From: Octopus sinensis
Taxonomy: Eukaryota
Direction of reading: 5' to 3'
Length of the DNA stretch: 64,000 nt
Assembly (NCBI RefSeq): GCF_006345805.1
Contig: NC_043009.1
Coordinates: forward strand, 34,100,001-34,164,000
The notes under the pieces are model-generated. The model saw only the letters and a list, made by a program, of their open reading frames with translations, was not told the DNA's origin and did no database searches. Below, piece by piece: positions 1 to 12,121 of this stretch (positions are counted from its first letter, which is position 1; every line of letters begins with the position of its first letter). The position numbers and the translations under genes were made by a program.

Positions 1-215
1 TTTATTTTAGAATTTATGGGAGCAACTGTCTTTGAAGACTCATCTCATATTGTCGTTGAATGCTCGAAATGAGGAGTAGATAGACAGCCAAAAACTGATG
101 GAGGGTCCTTTCTCTGTGTTTATTTAGCCTGTTCTCCATTTTTTTTCTCATTTATGTATTTAACTTGTTTGTTTACGTATTTCATGTTGTTTGAACCGTT
201 GGTGATGTGCTGTAC
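1..215. repeat. Dispersed repeat fragment of unassigned family; other copies at ~48644-48830 and ~47575-47705
   Basis: TATTTTAGAATTTATGGGAGCAACTGTCTTTGAAGACTCAT...AACTGATG(G/A)AGGGTC recurs almost verbatim at 48.65 kb and partly at 47.6 kb. Confidence 0.7.
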
Positions 216-255
216 TCATATATGCATGTATATGTGTGTGTATGTGTATACATCT

Positions 256-305
<50 letters not shown>

Positions 306-307
<2 letters not shown>

Positions 308-490
308 AAAAAGCACCCACTACACTCATGGAGTGGTTGGCGTTAGGAAGGGCATCCAGCTGTAGAAACACTGCCAGATCAGACTGGGCCTGGCTCAGCC
401 TACTGGCTCCCCAGACCCCAGTTGAACCGTCCAACCCATGCTAGCATGGAAAACGGACGTTAAACGATAATGATGATGATGATGATGATA
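306..490 (+). mobile_element. 5'-truncated 3' terminus of the RTE LINE family with (TGA)n tail
   Basis: AAAAAGCACCCACTACACTC...CATGCTAGCATGGAAAACGGACGTTAAA(TGA)n matches the terminus of the long RTE at 55495-55665. Confidence 0.85.
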
Positions 491-501
491 TATATATATA
501 T

Positions 502-533
<32 letters not shown>

Positions 534-1209
534 AACACACACAAACACATGTAAGGAACAGATAGATGTAGTTAGGCACTACATATGTTTCCAAAGCAGA
601 AAAAAATCCTTTCTTCGGGTGCTAGCTGCAAGGTTATCAACTCTGAAGCCACAATGGTTATCAGACTGTCATGTGCGAAAAGAAAAAGCCCATTAAGATA
701 TACTGTGTGGGAGAGGTAAGTGGCTTTAGCAAACAGCTAATTGCACGCCTTCTCCATAGTCTACTCAACAAGCATAAAAGTGGGTGTGGTTTCAAAGATA
801 CCAATTCATTATCTATATTATTTACAATAAGATGTGTATTCGAAGTGACATGGCTTTCAACTCTACACTTAGTTAAGTGTGTCAAGAAGACACCACATAA
901 AAATAAGTTACACTCACAAGATAGGAAGATTTATAAATTAAAAATAGGTAAAATAAATTATAGAAAATAATAAAGAACCAAAAATTTATAAGTAGTAAAA
1001 GTTGTTAATGGTTGAAAAGAGAATTAAAATAGAATAATAGAAAAGATTAATAAATATCAAATAAATTCTATGCAAAAATATTTATGACTACATATCTATA
1101 CACACATATATAAAAGATAAAAAATAAAGAATAGAAAGATACCACTGACAAACATACACACATTACAATCATATCCAACACTAATGAATCCTAGTCAACT
1201 TGGGTTGAA

Positions 1210-1426
1210 TAATGGCTTCAAATGTTGCCACAAGTGCAGCCACTTTGGGGGAGGGGATGAGTTGATTACATCAACCCCAGTGTTTCACTGACACTTATTT
1301 TATTAACCCTGAAAGGATGAAAGGCAAAGTTGACCTTGGCAGAATTTGAACTCGGAAAATAAAGACAGACGAAATACTGCTAAACATTTTGCCTGGTGTG
1401 TCAATGCTTTTGCCAGCTCGCCACCT
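1210..1426 (-). mobile_element. tRNA-derived SINE family B (Meta/MESC-like core), diverged copy
   Basis: Reverse complement aligns to the 10751-10980 copy (GAGTTCAAATTC B-box; GACTTTGCCTTTCATCCTTTC core). Confidence 0.8.
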
Positions 1427-2161
1427 TTGTTGGCTTGAATAATAACATTCATTCAGATATCAAGTCTCACATAATAGGGGAGATTAGAACGTGAACCCTG
1501 CATATAGTAATGGTCTGAGTAGGAATAATAACAATAATACTTAGTAAATCTTAACTGTATGTATGATAACTTTGTTAACCCCAATATGAATAATGGTAAT
1601 AATGTAACTAGTAACAACAGTATAATAACATCAAAAATTATAGCTTGACTCAGGTTATAATGAGATCCACAGGTAGATTATCTAATTGTAAGTGTTCCTC
1701 TACTCAGCCTTTAGATAATAAATGCCTAATTAACATTATTTATAAACGTGAGGTTAGTACAAGACAATCTAAATATGTCTACATAAGTGATCCTTGTAAT
1801 GACAATGTCCTGTTTACATAATCATTATCAGAGCTTCAGATAGTAGCACATCACTAAGAAGATTTGTGAGTTGAAGACGGGCATAGTGATCACTCAAAGA
1901 AATGGTGAATTGTTCAATGTGCAATCAAGTTAACATCATTTATAAATCTGATGTAATTATTATGACATGCAAATATCAATTATGCAAGATTTTCCTCTTA
2001 AACCTTAAATCTTAGATAGTAATATTGATTCTTATCAATACCCAGTGTCTTCTAAGGTACCCAGCTTTCCATCCCGTCTAGAAATGCACATATATTTGTA
2101 TAATGTTATTTTACTATAGTACTTATATTTTTAAAAAAAAGATCTTTTACCTCATTATATA

Positions 2162-3215
2162 TCAGGTTGAGTAAAAAGTAAGCAATGTTTTGAACCATGA
2201 AGAATTCGTACCAGATTTTTGCAGAGTTTTGAATGTTTTTTTAAAAAATTTTTTTGCAACTGACATAGACTTGGCCAAATGCATCAGTAAATTAACATTG
2301 ATGTTTTTTTACTGTTGTTACAATCATCTGAAATGGAACTGTCAAAGCGCGATGTTCGAGCAATTTTGCTATTCAATTTCAAAAAAGAACGTAAAGCAGC
2401 TGAAACTGTTCATGATATCAGCGAAAAGTTTGGTGAGATGACCAGTGAGTGGTCAGCTCAAAAATGGTTTAAACGATTTTGCAGTGAAGACCTGAGCCTT
2501 GAATGAAAATCAGAAAAGGTGCAGATATGCAATTTGCTCTTCTCTGTAAGCAGACTGATCCATTTTTTGACCGTATTCTAACTTGCGATGAAAAGTGGAT
2601 TCTGCACAATAATAAAAAATGTTCTTCTCAGTAGTTGGACCAAAATGAAGCACCAAAAACCCTCCCTAAGCCCAAGCTCTTCAAAAAGATTATGGTGATT
2701 GTTTCGTGGTGTACTGCCGGGCTCATCCACTATAACTTCTTAAAACCTGGAAAAACCATTACTGCAGAATCATATTGCCATGAAATTGCCAAAATGAACG
2801 AAAAACTGCTATTCCTCCATCCCAGACTGGTCAACAGAAGAGGGCCAATCATTCTTCCTGACAATGCTCGACCACATGTTTCACTAATGACACTCCAGAA
2901 GTTGAGAGAACTTGGCTACGAAGCTCTTCCCCACCCAGTTTATTCCCCAGACCTTTCTCCTACCAACTACTACTTTTCCAAGCACCTTGATAGTTTTCTG
3001 CAAGAGAAGGAGTTCAAAAATCAATCTGATGCTGAAAGTGCGTTCAAAGAGTTCATCAATTCCAGAACTCAAGATTTTTATGATACCAGAATAAACAAAC
3101 TTGTAACTAATTGGCAAAAATGTGTTGATTGCAATGATACTTACTTTGAAGAATAAAATTTTCACATTGCTGAAATATACTGTGATGAATTTCATGTTTC
3201 AAAATATTGCTTATA
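2162..3215 (+). mobile_element. Mariner (DD34D) element with degraded transposase
   Basis: ORF 2315-2506 has the mariner N-terminal HTH (MELSKRDVRAILLFNFKK..AAET); ORF 2635-3156 has DNARPH and YSPDLSPTNY; left TIR TCAGGTTGAGTAAAAAGTAAGCAATGTTTTGAA partly matches 3197-3215. Confidence 0.9.
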
Positions 3216-4059
3216 TACCATTTTTGCAGATTTATTACAACTTATATATATATTTGTGTGTGAGTGTACATGTGCAGATGTATGAGCATGATTGTATGTG
3301 GGTATGCATGAGTACTTACATATATGTGCATGTGTCTATGTGATTGCATGTATGTAGTTGAATATGAATGTGCATTTAAGACTGATGTGTGTATGTATGT
3401 ATGTATACACACCCATAAGACTTTGAAATTTTGATGTATCAACTCTACAATAATAATGACAGCTTTCTTAATTCAGCAGGTTATAGCACAGAAAAAAACC
3501 TATTGGTGCACATGTGTCACCTGTATAAGTGAAATGCAAAGTTGATATTTTATCTAACTATCAAGGATTTATACCATTATATATCATGACTGCATGTTTT
3601 ACAAACAAAAACTATTACTTAGTAGTATTTGGCTCACTTATTAATTTTATAAGAAAAATGCAAAATGTCAATCCATAACATAAATTCCTATTTTTACACT
3701 GCTCACAATAAACCAATAACTAGATGTTAATTATGTGTTTCTAGTCTCCAGGTGATCTCATTTTCATTTTTTCCCTTTCTTAATAATACCTTCCTAAGAA
3801 AATACATCAAAAAAATATGTAAAAATATTTCTTCCCCATAAGTAAAACACAACTGAGTTGTAAATAAATAATGCTTGTCATTTTAACTGAGACACAGGTA
3901 AGTTAACTGGATTTGGTTAATTGCTAGGTATGTTACTTAGAATATTTCAACAGAGCAACAAATGTGGGATGAATGCTCATGTAACCTTGAGAGTTTCCTG
4001 TAAGGGATATATAGACTATCTTTAAGGGTGCATATAACTACATTGAGTCCTGGAACTAC

Positions 4060-4130
4060 TCCACGTGTATGGAGAGGTGTATCTTGCATCTTGTAATATG
4101 ACATCATACATTGTAATCAATATCTGGGTA
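4060..4130 (-). CDS. Candidate exon of the minus-strand host gene (TQILITMYDVILQDARY...); 3' end uncertain
   Basis: Acceptor TTATGCAG| at 4131; the phase-2 start fits the candidate donor at 8463; no clear donor found. Confidence 0.3.
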
Positions 4131-5249
4131 CTGCATAATTATTTTTATTGATATATCTTTGATGTTATCTTTAATATATATTTAATGTTATTTTTCATAT
4201 ATATTTGTAATCCAAGACAGTGAGCAACAGGAAGAGCATCCAGCCATAGAAAATCTACCTCAAATTCTCTATAACCAATATAAGTATGGAAAAGTGTGTG
4301 TGGGCATGCGTGCATGTGTGAGTGTGTGTGTATGTGTGTCTTTGTGTGTATGCTTGTCTCCCACCACCACTTGACGAGCGGTGCTGGTGTGTTTGCATTA
4401 AATAATTACATCATCATTTCAACATCCACTTTTCCATGCTTGCATGGGTCAGGCAGAATTTGCTGAGGCAGATTTTCTATGGATGGATGCCCTTCTTGTT
4501 ATCAATCCTTCCGTTTCCCAATGGCCATACATAATTTTCCTTGAAGACTGGAAAAAAATGACATCACTTGTATCATGGTGACACTCATTTAGAACCATCA
4601 TGTGTTGTCAAGACAAGGGGACAAACACACACACACACATGATGACCTTCCTTCAGTTTCTGTCAACCAAATCCAGTCACAAGGCTTTGGTTACCTCAGG
4701 GGTATGATACAAGACACTTGCCCAAGGTGACACACAGTGGAACTGCATATGAAAGTGCATGGTTGGGAAGCATGTTACTTAACCTCACAGTCACACACAC
4801 ACATGTATGTATTCATTTCTTTTTTAAATTAGCAGAAAGTTACAAAAGTAACTCAAAATACTGAGAGTTTGTAGATGGCAATTAACAAGCTAATTTAAAA
4901 AGCAAAAAATTGATTTCTTATACAGTGTTAATTACAACTCATTCTGGTATGTTTAATTAAAATTTAATATTGGATAGTTGTCATAATTAAATTCTAAATG
5001 TGTGCTTTAAATAAAGTTTGAGCATGAGAGGAAATGAGATGCAGACTAAAAAGTAAAAACAAAAATAAAACAGACATGTGCATCACAAATACATGCAACA
5101 TATATTTCAATACACATACACACACACACACATACATACGTACTTATATTCACATATAACAGCAGGGGTAGTGTCGGTATACTGTTAGCTGAGGAATGGA
5201 TGAAGTCAGTGAAGTAATCAGAGTGTGTGATAGCATAATTAAGTTGAGA

Positions 5250-5648
5250 GCGCAGGAGTGGCTGTGTGGTAAGTAGCTTGCTTACCAACCACATGGTTCC
5301 GGGTTCAATCCCACTGCGTGGCACTTTGGACGAGTGTCTTCTGCTATAGCCTCGGGCCGACCAAAGCCTTGCGAGTGGATTTGGTAGACGGAAACTGAAA
5401 GAAGCCCATCATATATATGTATATATATATATGTATGTGTGTCTGTGTTTGCCCCCCCAACATTGCTTGAAAACCGATGCTGGTGTGTTTACGTCCCCAT
5501 AACTTACCGGTTCGGCAAAAGAGACCGATATAATAAGTACTAGGCTTACAAAGAATAAGTCCTGGGGTCAATTTGCTCGACTAAAGGCAGTGTTCCAGCA
5601 TGGCCGCAGTCAAATGACTGAAACAAGTAAAAAGAGTAAAAAGAGAGT
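5250..5648 (+). mobile_element. tRNA-derived SINE family A with central (TA)(TG) microsatellite (possibly octopus OR/OK-type CORE SINE)
   Basis: A-box-like TGGCTGTGTGGT and B-box GGTTCAATCCC; the same body recurs at 7973, 9945(-), 17535(-) and 58214; ends GAAACAAGTAAAAGAG repeats. Confidence 0.9.
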
Positions 5649-5689
5649 ATGCCAGAAGAATAGAAGTATGACTTCTATGAAACACTCTT

Positions 5690-7972
5690 GCAGACTATCT
5701 CAACAAGGTCTGACAGCAACCCCGTTATCATAGCTGGTAACTTCAACTGACAAAGCCAACATGTCAACGACTTCCAGGACATACATGGGGTATGGCTACG
5801 GTTTGAGGACTGAGTGGGGTATAAGGCTTCAGGAGTTCAATAATGCAACTCATGTAACAATTTGCAACAGAAACTTTAAGAAACCAGCCAGACACCTCAT
5901 CACCTACCAATCTGTAAAACACACAAGTCAGATAGATTACATTCTCTTCAGGAAATGGGACAGATGGGTTATTGTGAATACCAGAACCTTTCTTGACAAA
6001 GAACACACTAAGCAACATAAGTTAGTAGCTAGTGACTTCAGAGTCAAAGCTAGGCAAACAGAAATGAAAGACACTATAAAGAAGGTATAGAAACTAAAAG
6101 AACCAGCAATCAGAAATAGATTTATAAAAATTCTGACAGATGCATGACTGTAGGGAGAAAGAATTAGATACTTGTAGCATAGATGACAACAGGGAATTTC
6201 TATGAAATAACCAACTTAGGACAATAAATCAGACATATGGCTGGAGCAAAGTCCCAATCAAGCCAAAAGTAGTGTGGTGGTAGAATAATACTGATAGGAT
6301 AGTTAAAGCTATAAGCAAGGCTTGGAAAACCTGGAAGTAAGATGGAAGCAGGGAGCTTTACCTAATGACTTGAAGGCTATCTAGGTGACAGGTGCACTTG
6401 GCTAAAGGTGAGGAAGAGATTTGCATGTCTCCTACAACGTGAATATCAGAGGTGTGAAATTTTCAGTGTTATAAGACAATGTGTGAGAGAGAACCGAGAT
6501 GTTATCAGTGAGAAGTACATTAAGAATGATAAAAGCACACTTGTCATTGACATGGAACAAAAGAAACTGACGTAGAAGAACTACTATTAAAAGCTGCTGA
6601 ATGTGGAGAATGCACTAAGTAAATAGGGAGACCAGAAATTCAAGTTGATAGCAGTGTAGTAGATAAGGATAGGAAGAGAGGGAAAGTCACGAGTCCATCA
6701 AGGAATAATTTTAGAGATACTTAAAATATCTGGTAATGTAGGATATAAGATTACCACTTTGGATAGTTAATCAAGTCATACAGGAAGGTGTCATACCCAA
6801 TGATTGGAGTAGCAGCAATATCATCATAAACTGTTATAAGGGCAAAGTTGATGCCGTAGAAAGAAGCAACTACAGAGGAATCAAACTACTAGACCAGGTT
6901 AGAAAAGTCATGGAGAGAACTATAGCCTAATTGATCTGTGATAGAGTATATTTAGATGAGATGCAGTTTGGTTTTGTCCCCAGAAGAAGCACCACAGATG
7001 CAATCTTCCTAATGAGGCAAGCACATAAGATATACTGGCTAAAAATAAACTGCTATACCTGGCCTTCATTGATTTGGAGAAAGCTTTTTACAGAGTACTG
7101 CACCCAGCAAAATGGTGGTCATCTACACTGAGAAAATCAGGTGTAGATGAATAGCTTATGAGAGCTGTACAAGCTATGTACAAAATTGCATGATGGATGT
7201 TGTGTGAAGGTAGAAGTTCATGATGGTTCAGCCCTCAGCCCTCCTCAATTCATCATTGTCCTACAGGCTATCACAAAGAAGTTAAGACCAATGGTCCATG
7301 GGAACTCCTACATGCTGATAACCTAGCTCTCATAGCTGAATCTATAGTGGAATAAGAGAGGAAATTCCAAGCATAGAAATTTAATCTAAAATTGAGAGGT
7401 CTTAAGGTAAACCCAGCAAAGATGAAGGTTTTAGTAAGTAGGAAAGACAGGACCCTGGTACCTTCAGAAAAGACAGGACTCCTGCAACCTACATGACAGT
7501 ATGTCAGCTTTCTTTCATCCCCTTCTTTACTGTATCACCTCTATTCTGCAGCCTTGTACCAAATATCCCTTACTCCTCCCATTCACTTCTGGCACTCCTC
7601 CCCTACTTATTCCAACTCATCTTTTACCTTGAAGGACCACTCTGAGATCTCATCATTAATTTCTAGCTTCATCCTCCCAACCTTCTCATCTAAAATGTGA
7701 ATAGTCATGCAGCTCCCTTTCAGTAAGCAACTTGCTTTGCTCTAGCCCTTTTTCTCATACTTTACTTCTCTCTATTTAAGGTTCATAGTCTTACAAGTTT
7801 CAAGATGACCTAACTAGTGCTGGTAGCCTGAAAAAAGCACCCACTACACACTGAAAAAGTGGTTGGTATTATGAATGGTAATCAGCTGTAGAAACCATAC
7901 CAAAGCAACCACTGAAGCAAGATGCAATCTTTGGACTGATTGGATCCTGTCAAACCATCAAACCCATGCCAG
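5690..7972 (+). mobile_element. Old, heavily mutated RTE LINE (endonuclease C-terminus, RT, 3' UTR and tail)
   Basis: ORF 5761-6090 (SQIDYILFRKW..HKLVASDF) and 6931-7131 (MQFGFVPRRSTTDAIF) are collinear with the RTE at 51-53 kb. Confidence 0.85.
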
Positions 7973-8367
7973 CAAGTAGCTTGCTTACCAACCACATGGT
8001 TCCGGGTTCAATCCCACTGCATGGCACCTTAGGCAAGTGTCTTCTACTATAGCCTCGGGCTGACCAAGGCCTTGTGAGTGGATTTGGTAGACGGAAACTG
8101 AAAGAAGCCTGTCGTATATATGTATATATATATATGTATGTGTGTGTGTATGTGTTTGTGTGTCTGTGTTTGTCCCCCTAGCATTGCTTGACAACCGATG
8201 CTGGTGTGTTTACGTCCCCGTCACTTAGTGGTTCGGCAAAGGAGACCGATATAATATGTACTGGGCTTACAAATAATAAGTCCCGGGGTCGATTTGCTCG
8301 ACTAAAGGCGGTGCTCCAGCATGGCTGCAGTCAAATGACTGAAACAAGTAAAAGAGTAAAGAGTAAG
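7973..8367 (+). mobile_element. SINE family A copy
   Basis: Near-identical to 5270-5648. Confidence 0.9.
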
Positions 8368-8463
8368 TACAATTCAACTGTGAATTTCTTTGAAGCATCA
8401 AATTTTCCAACCTAGACTACTTTTCTATAAATGTGTAGACAAACTGAGAGTTTTATCTAGCAC

Positions 8464-8656
8464 TTTAATCCAAAATACAAGAGTATATCCTTTGCTTTAA
8501 CAAACAACTTAAGAGTACAGTTTTCAATCTTATCATCCGCTATCTTTTGTGGAGCAACTACTACTGCTGATAAATTCTGGAAGCCTCTCCAATTGACTTT
8601 CTTAATATACACTCAGTATCACTAAGTTTCTTTAGAATTAGTGCAAAAGATTTTAT
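8464..8656 (-). CDS. Candidate exon of the minus-strand gene (IKSFALILKKLSDTECILRK / VNWRGFQNLSAVVVAPQKIADDKIENCTLKLFVKAKDILLYFGL); needs one extra A at ~8598-8600
   Basis: Acceptor TTGTCAG| at 8657; 98-nt intron from the donor at 8754; two overlapping open frames joined by a 1-nt shift in an A run; weak donor AAA|GTGCTA. Confidence 0.4.
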
Positions 8657-8754
8657 CTGACAACATTATTCTTTTAGTATTATCATAAAAAAATTATTGA
8701 TAATTTCTTAAGTTCAAAAAAGAAAGGCAACTTAGTTTAAACATTGGAACTTAC

Positions 8755-8839
8755 TGCATCAATTGGAACCAAATTTAAATTATGTATATGGCAGTGTGCT
8801 AACATTGTATTTAGAACAACTTCCTTAGACACTACAGTT
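8755..8839 (-). CDS. Candidate exon of the minus-strand gene (RTVVSKEVVLNTMLAHCHIHNLNLVPIDA)
   Basis: Acceptor AAATATAG|, strong donor GCA|GTAAGT, 85 nt open, phase 2 to 0, compatible with both neighbours. Confidence 0.55.
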
Positions 8840-8859
8840 CTATATTTAAGAGATGAGGA

Positions 8860-8955
8860 ATTATGTACATTATTTACATTTGACGGATAGTTGTCCTAAT
8901 CTTGTTTGTTGTTAACATGTTTTGGCTGATATACCCTCCAGCCTTCACCACATGT
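8860..8955 (-). mobile_element. Penelope-like element terminus with decayed hammerhead motif
   Basis: Minus strand TGGTGA-A-GGCTG-(10 nt)-CAGCC-AAAACATG; helix II is intact but the core is mutated. Confidence 0.4.
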
Positions 8956-9590
8956 CTTGGGGAAATTTCAAAGCATAGGATGTGTGCAGTGCCCAGTAGT
9001 GCAATTTTCTGTATGTTATATGTGTTTGTAAGTCTTGGTGTTTTTGTTATGCATTTGTCTGAATATTTTTTTATCATACCTAATGCGTCTATTATGATAG
9101 GAATTGTTTCTGTTTTTAGATTCCACATTCGAGTCACCTCTATTTCTAGGTTTTTGTATTTTGAAAGTTTCTCCATTTCTTTTAGAGACACGTATTTTTT
9201 TTCTTCATGATCTCTGACAACTATATCTGGCATGTTGGCCTTAATTTCTCTATCTGTGTGTATCCCAGAGTATGGTTGCTTTCTTGTTTTCTGTGACCTT
9301 TTCTGGTGTGTGCTTATACTATTTTTTTTCTGTTGTTATTTCATAATGTTGGCACAGCTTCCAGTGGATGTAGGTCCCAACTCAGTTGTGTCTGTGAATA
9401 TATTCCTTCTTAGCCAAGACTGGGCAGCCAGAGATAATATGATTTATTGTTTCTTGTCCATCTCCACATATTCTGCAGTTACTTGTTATGTTTCTTTTCA
9501 TCATATGTTTTTGGTAATGATTAAATATAGGTACTACACCAGTGGATTCATTGGATACAAGTATCCCTTAGACAGTTGTTATAACCTCTA
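8956..9590 (-). mobile_element. R4/Dong-type (RLE) non-LTR retrotransposon, C-terminal fragment
   Basis: PDIVVRD..KY..LEIEVTRMW..IPIIIDALG..QKIALLGTAHIL matches the restriction-like endonuclease region of the 30241-32200 copy. Confidence 0.85.
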
Positions 9591-9757
9591 ACTTAACTCA
9601 CCTATGTGTGTGTGTGTCTTTATGTCTATATCTCCCATCACTGCCTGACAACTGGTGTTGGTGTGTTTGCATCACTGTAACTTAGCAATTCAGCTAGAGA
9701 TTGATGGAATAACTACCAGAGTTTTAAAAAAAATGTACTTATTATTTATTTATCATA

Positions 9758-9829
9758 TGTCGCTTTGAGACCGCGACCTGTTCACTGACAAACCTTTTTC
9801 AGTGAACAGGTCGCGGTCTCAAAGCGACA
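9758..9829. repeat. Perfect 31-bp inverted repeat with 10-nt loop
   Basis: TGTCGCTTTGAGACCGCGACCTGTTCACTGA (9758-9788) and its exact reverse complement (9799-9829). Confidence 0.95.
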
Positions 9830-9944
9830 AAAATACTTTGTCAAATTAAATATATATGTTGAAGTGAATCTAATGGTTTTGTGTGTTTCTTAAATGGCTT
9901 ATAAACACCTTCCAAGCTGCAATTGTATATATATATAATATGTA

Positions 9945-10295
9945 TCTTTTGTTTCAGTCATTAGACTGTGGCCATGCTGGAGCACCACCTTCAAGAATTT
10001 TAGTTGAATGAATCAACCTCAGTACTTTTTTTTAAGCCTGGTACTTATTCTATCAGTCACTTTAGCCAAACTGCTAAGTTACAAGGACGCAAACTCCCTA
10101 GTACCAGTTATCAAATGGGGATGGGGGCAAACATAGACACAAACACACACATATATATGACTGATTTCTTTCAGTTTCCATCTACCAAATCCACTCGCAA
10201 AGCTTTGGTTAGTCCAAGACTATAGTAGAAGACACTTGCCCATGGTGCCACACAGTGGGACTGAACCAAGAGCCATGTGGTTGGGAAACAAGCTT
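9945..10295 (-). mobile_element. SINE family A copy
   Basis: Reverse complement aligns to 5270-5640. Confidence 0.85.
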
Positions 10296-10509
10296 ATATA
10301 TTGTGACGGTCTTTAGTAGACAAAAAAGTGACAAAAGGTAGACAAAAAGTGACAGAGAACTGTCTCATGGTTTATAAATAATGGGTTGAATGAGACAAGT
10401 GTTGTTTTGAGCCATAGTGTGTAGGTAGTTGGTTTGAATCAAGTGTATGCAGCAGCTCAGTGTGTATTTGGTGCTACTAGTATTGTTGTCAAGTAGCCAT
10501 AACAGTGAC

Positions 10510-10588
10510 CTATCACCATCATCACTGTCACTGCCACCAGCAGTCAGTTCTACTTTAGCAGGTGTTTGTTTATATGTAGTTGACTGAA
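10510..10588 (-). CDS. Candidate exon of the minus-strand gene (VQSTTYKQTPAKVELTAGGSDSDDGD); may extend to ~10370
   Basis: Acceptor GTTTTTATCTAG|, donor TAG|GTCACT, phase 1 to 2 fits both neighbours; lies inside ORF 10365-10691. Confidence 0.5.
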
Positions 10589-10750
10589 CTAGATAAAAAC
10601 ATGACAAGACATTATCAAAGAATATCAACAACAGTAAAGATATGCAAATTGATGATGAACTATGAATCCAAACACAGAAACAAAGGTCCAAAGTACGTTC
10701 ACAGTGAATATTGTTAGTTCGGTGCTCGAAGAAAGGAACAGCAGGAAATA

Positions 10751-10980
10751 AGGCGGCGAGCTGGCAGAAACGTTAGCACGCCGGGCGAAATGCTTAGCGA
10801 TATTTCGTCTGCGTTACGTTCTGAGTTCAAATTCCGCCGAGGTCGACTTTGCCTTTCATCCTTTCGGGGTCGATAAATTAAGTACCAGTTACGCACTGGG
10901 GTCGATGTAATTGACTTAATCCGTCTGTCTGTCCTTGTTTGTCCCCTCTGTGTTTAGCCCCTTGTGGGTAGTAAAGAAAT
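10751..10980 (+). mobile_element. Young, full-length SINE family B with 8-bp TSD
   Basis: AGGAAATA at 10743-10750 and 10981-10988; CpG-rich; B-box GAGTTCAAATTCC; core GTCGACTTTGCCTTTCATCCTTTCGGGGTCGATAAATTAAGTACC resembles (from memory) the Meta/MESC SINE domain. Confidence 0.9.
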
Positions 10981-11091
10981 AGGAAATATGATGTTTGGGG
11001 CATAGTCAGACAGTCATAGGAAAGTCTGAAAATGAGGAATTGAAGAAGGAAAAGATAGGAATGTACAGTGAAAAAACAAAAACAAACGTAC

Positions 11092-11128
11092 CTATTATCA
11101 AACTCTCACATGGCCCTTCCACATCCTC
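11092..11128 (-). CDS. Candidate exon of the minus-strand gene (EDVEGPCESLII); alternative acceptor at 11138
   Basis: Strong donor TAG|GTACGT; acceptors GGTCAG| (phase 0) or CCAAAG| (phase 2). Confidence 0.45.
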
Positions 11129-11200
11129 CTGACCAATACTTTGGAATACATAATTTTCAGATCACCCTTAAAATTGGATTACCACCCTGGATCATATTAC

Positions 11201-11280
11201 ACAGCTGAATTTACTCTCAGAGTGCACTGACTCTTCACCCTTGATTGTGAACAATACAGATACGTCTGACATACTAGTTT
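11201..11280 (-). CDS. Candidate exon of the minus-strand gene (ETSMSDVSVLFTIKGEESVHSESKFSC)
   Basis: Acceptor TGTTTGCTAG|, donor TGT|GTAATA, 72-nt intron to 11128, phase 1 to 0. Confidence 0.4.
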
Positions 11281-11450
11281 CTAGCAAACACTTTGATTTC
11301 TCCATGCAGATCGGTGAAGTTCAAAGTATACAGTAATAAAACATTCAGCTGCCACTCCACACCTATTTTCAAGACAGTAGTGATTGTTGTTACTTTTGTA
11401 AAACCCAGAAAGGGCCAGTGCCATGGTCTTCGCAGGCCGTTAAGATAGAC

Positions 11451-11651
11451 CAGTGCTTTTCAAACATTTTGCTGGAGCGGAACCCCAAGGAAACATTCCA
11501 CTGGCTCGAGGAACCCCTGTGCAATAATTTAATGGTCTTATGCACACATATCTGCACAGGAGAATTAAAAATTACTGCCGATTTTAGCAGTTTTGTAACT
11601 TCTTGTGGAACCCCGGGACTGTACTGGCGGAACCCTGGTTGAAAACCACTG
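11451..11651. mobile_element. hAT (Charlie-like) MITE, 201 bp
   Basis: TIRs CAGTGCTTTTCAAAC / GTTGAAAACCACTG; perfect 8-bp TSD AGATAGAC at 11443-11450 and 11652-11659. Confidence 0.95.
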
Positions 11652-12121
11652 AGATAGACTATTGAGATTGATGCTATCAACAACCTGTTTAAACTGTTGC
11701 AAGTAAACCACTGCAAGAAATACATGCTGAGGAGAAATTGTAGAGGACCTACGTTCTTGGAAGAATGGACTAGATGTAGTGGTTAGTGCAAGGCCTGAGT
11801 GAGAGTCAGGTTGAGACACTAAGGGTAATGAAAGAAGAGATGAATGAATCAAGAAGTATCTGAGATGCTTTGGCTGAGGTCCTACCAGCCCTGGGGAGTG
11901 AAGGCCATAGCAAAAGTGGTAGAAAAGGCGAGAGTGTCTTTTCTGCCAAACTAGCCTTCTTTATTAAGTGTTTTAATCCTTACATCGAGCAAATCTAAGG
12001 AATTCCACCTAACTCCTAGGTGACACTGATGTTAGATGCAACATAAGGGTTGCGTGTGTGTATGTGTGTTTGTGAAAGGAAGGAAGGAAGGAATATGAAA
12101 GTGAGAGGTAAGGATCTAGAT

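Noticed and set aside
597-715. Plus-strand exon candidate QKKILSSGASCKVINSEATMVIRLSCAKRKSPLRYTVWER with donor GAG|GTAAGT
   Set aside because: Acceptor is weak and there is no compatible partner exon. The same bases also form a good minus-strand acceptor (..CTCTCCCACACAG| at ~702), so the strand cannot be decided.
3870-3905. CAG|GTAAGT as a recursive splice site or microexon
   Set aside because: Poor polypyrimidine tract and no supported plus-strand transcript here.
5250-5330. tRNA genes at SINE heads (also 10751 and 48888)
   Set aside because: A/B boxes are present, but there is no complete cloverleaf and the sequences continue into multicopy SINE bodies.
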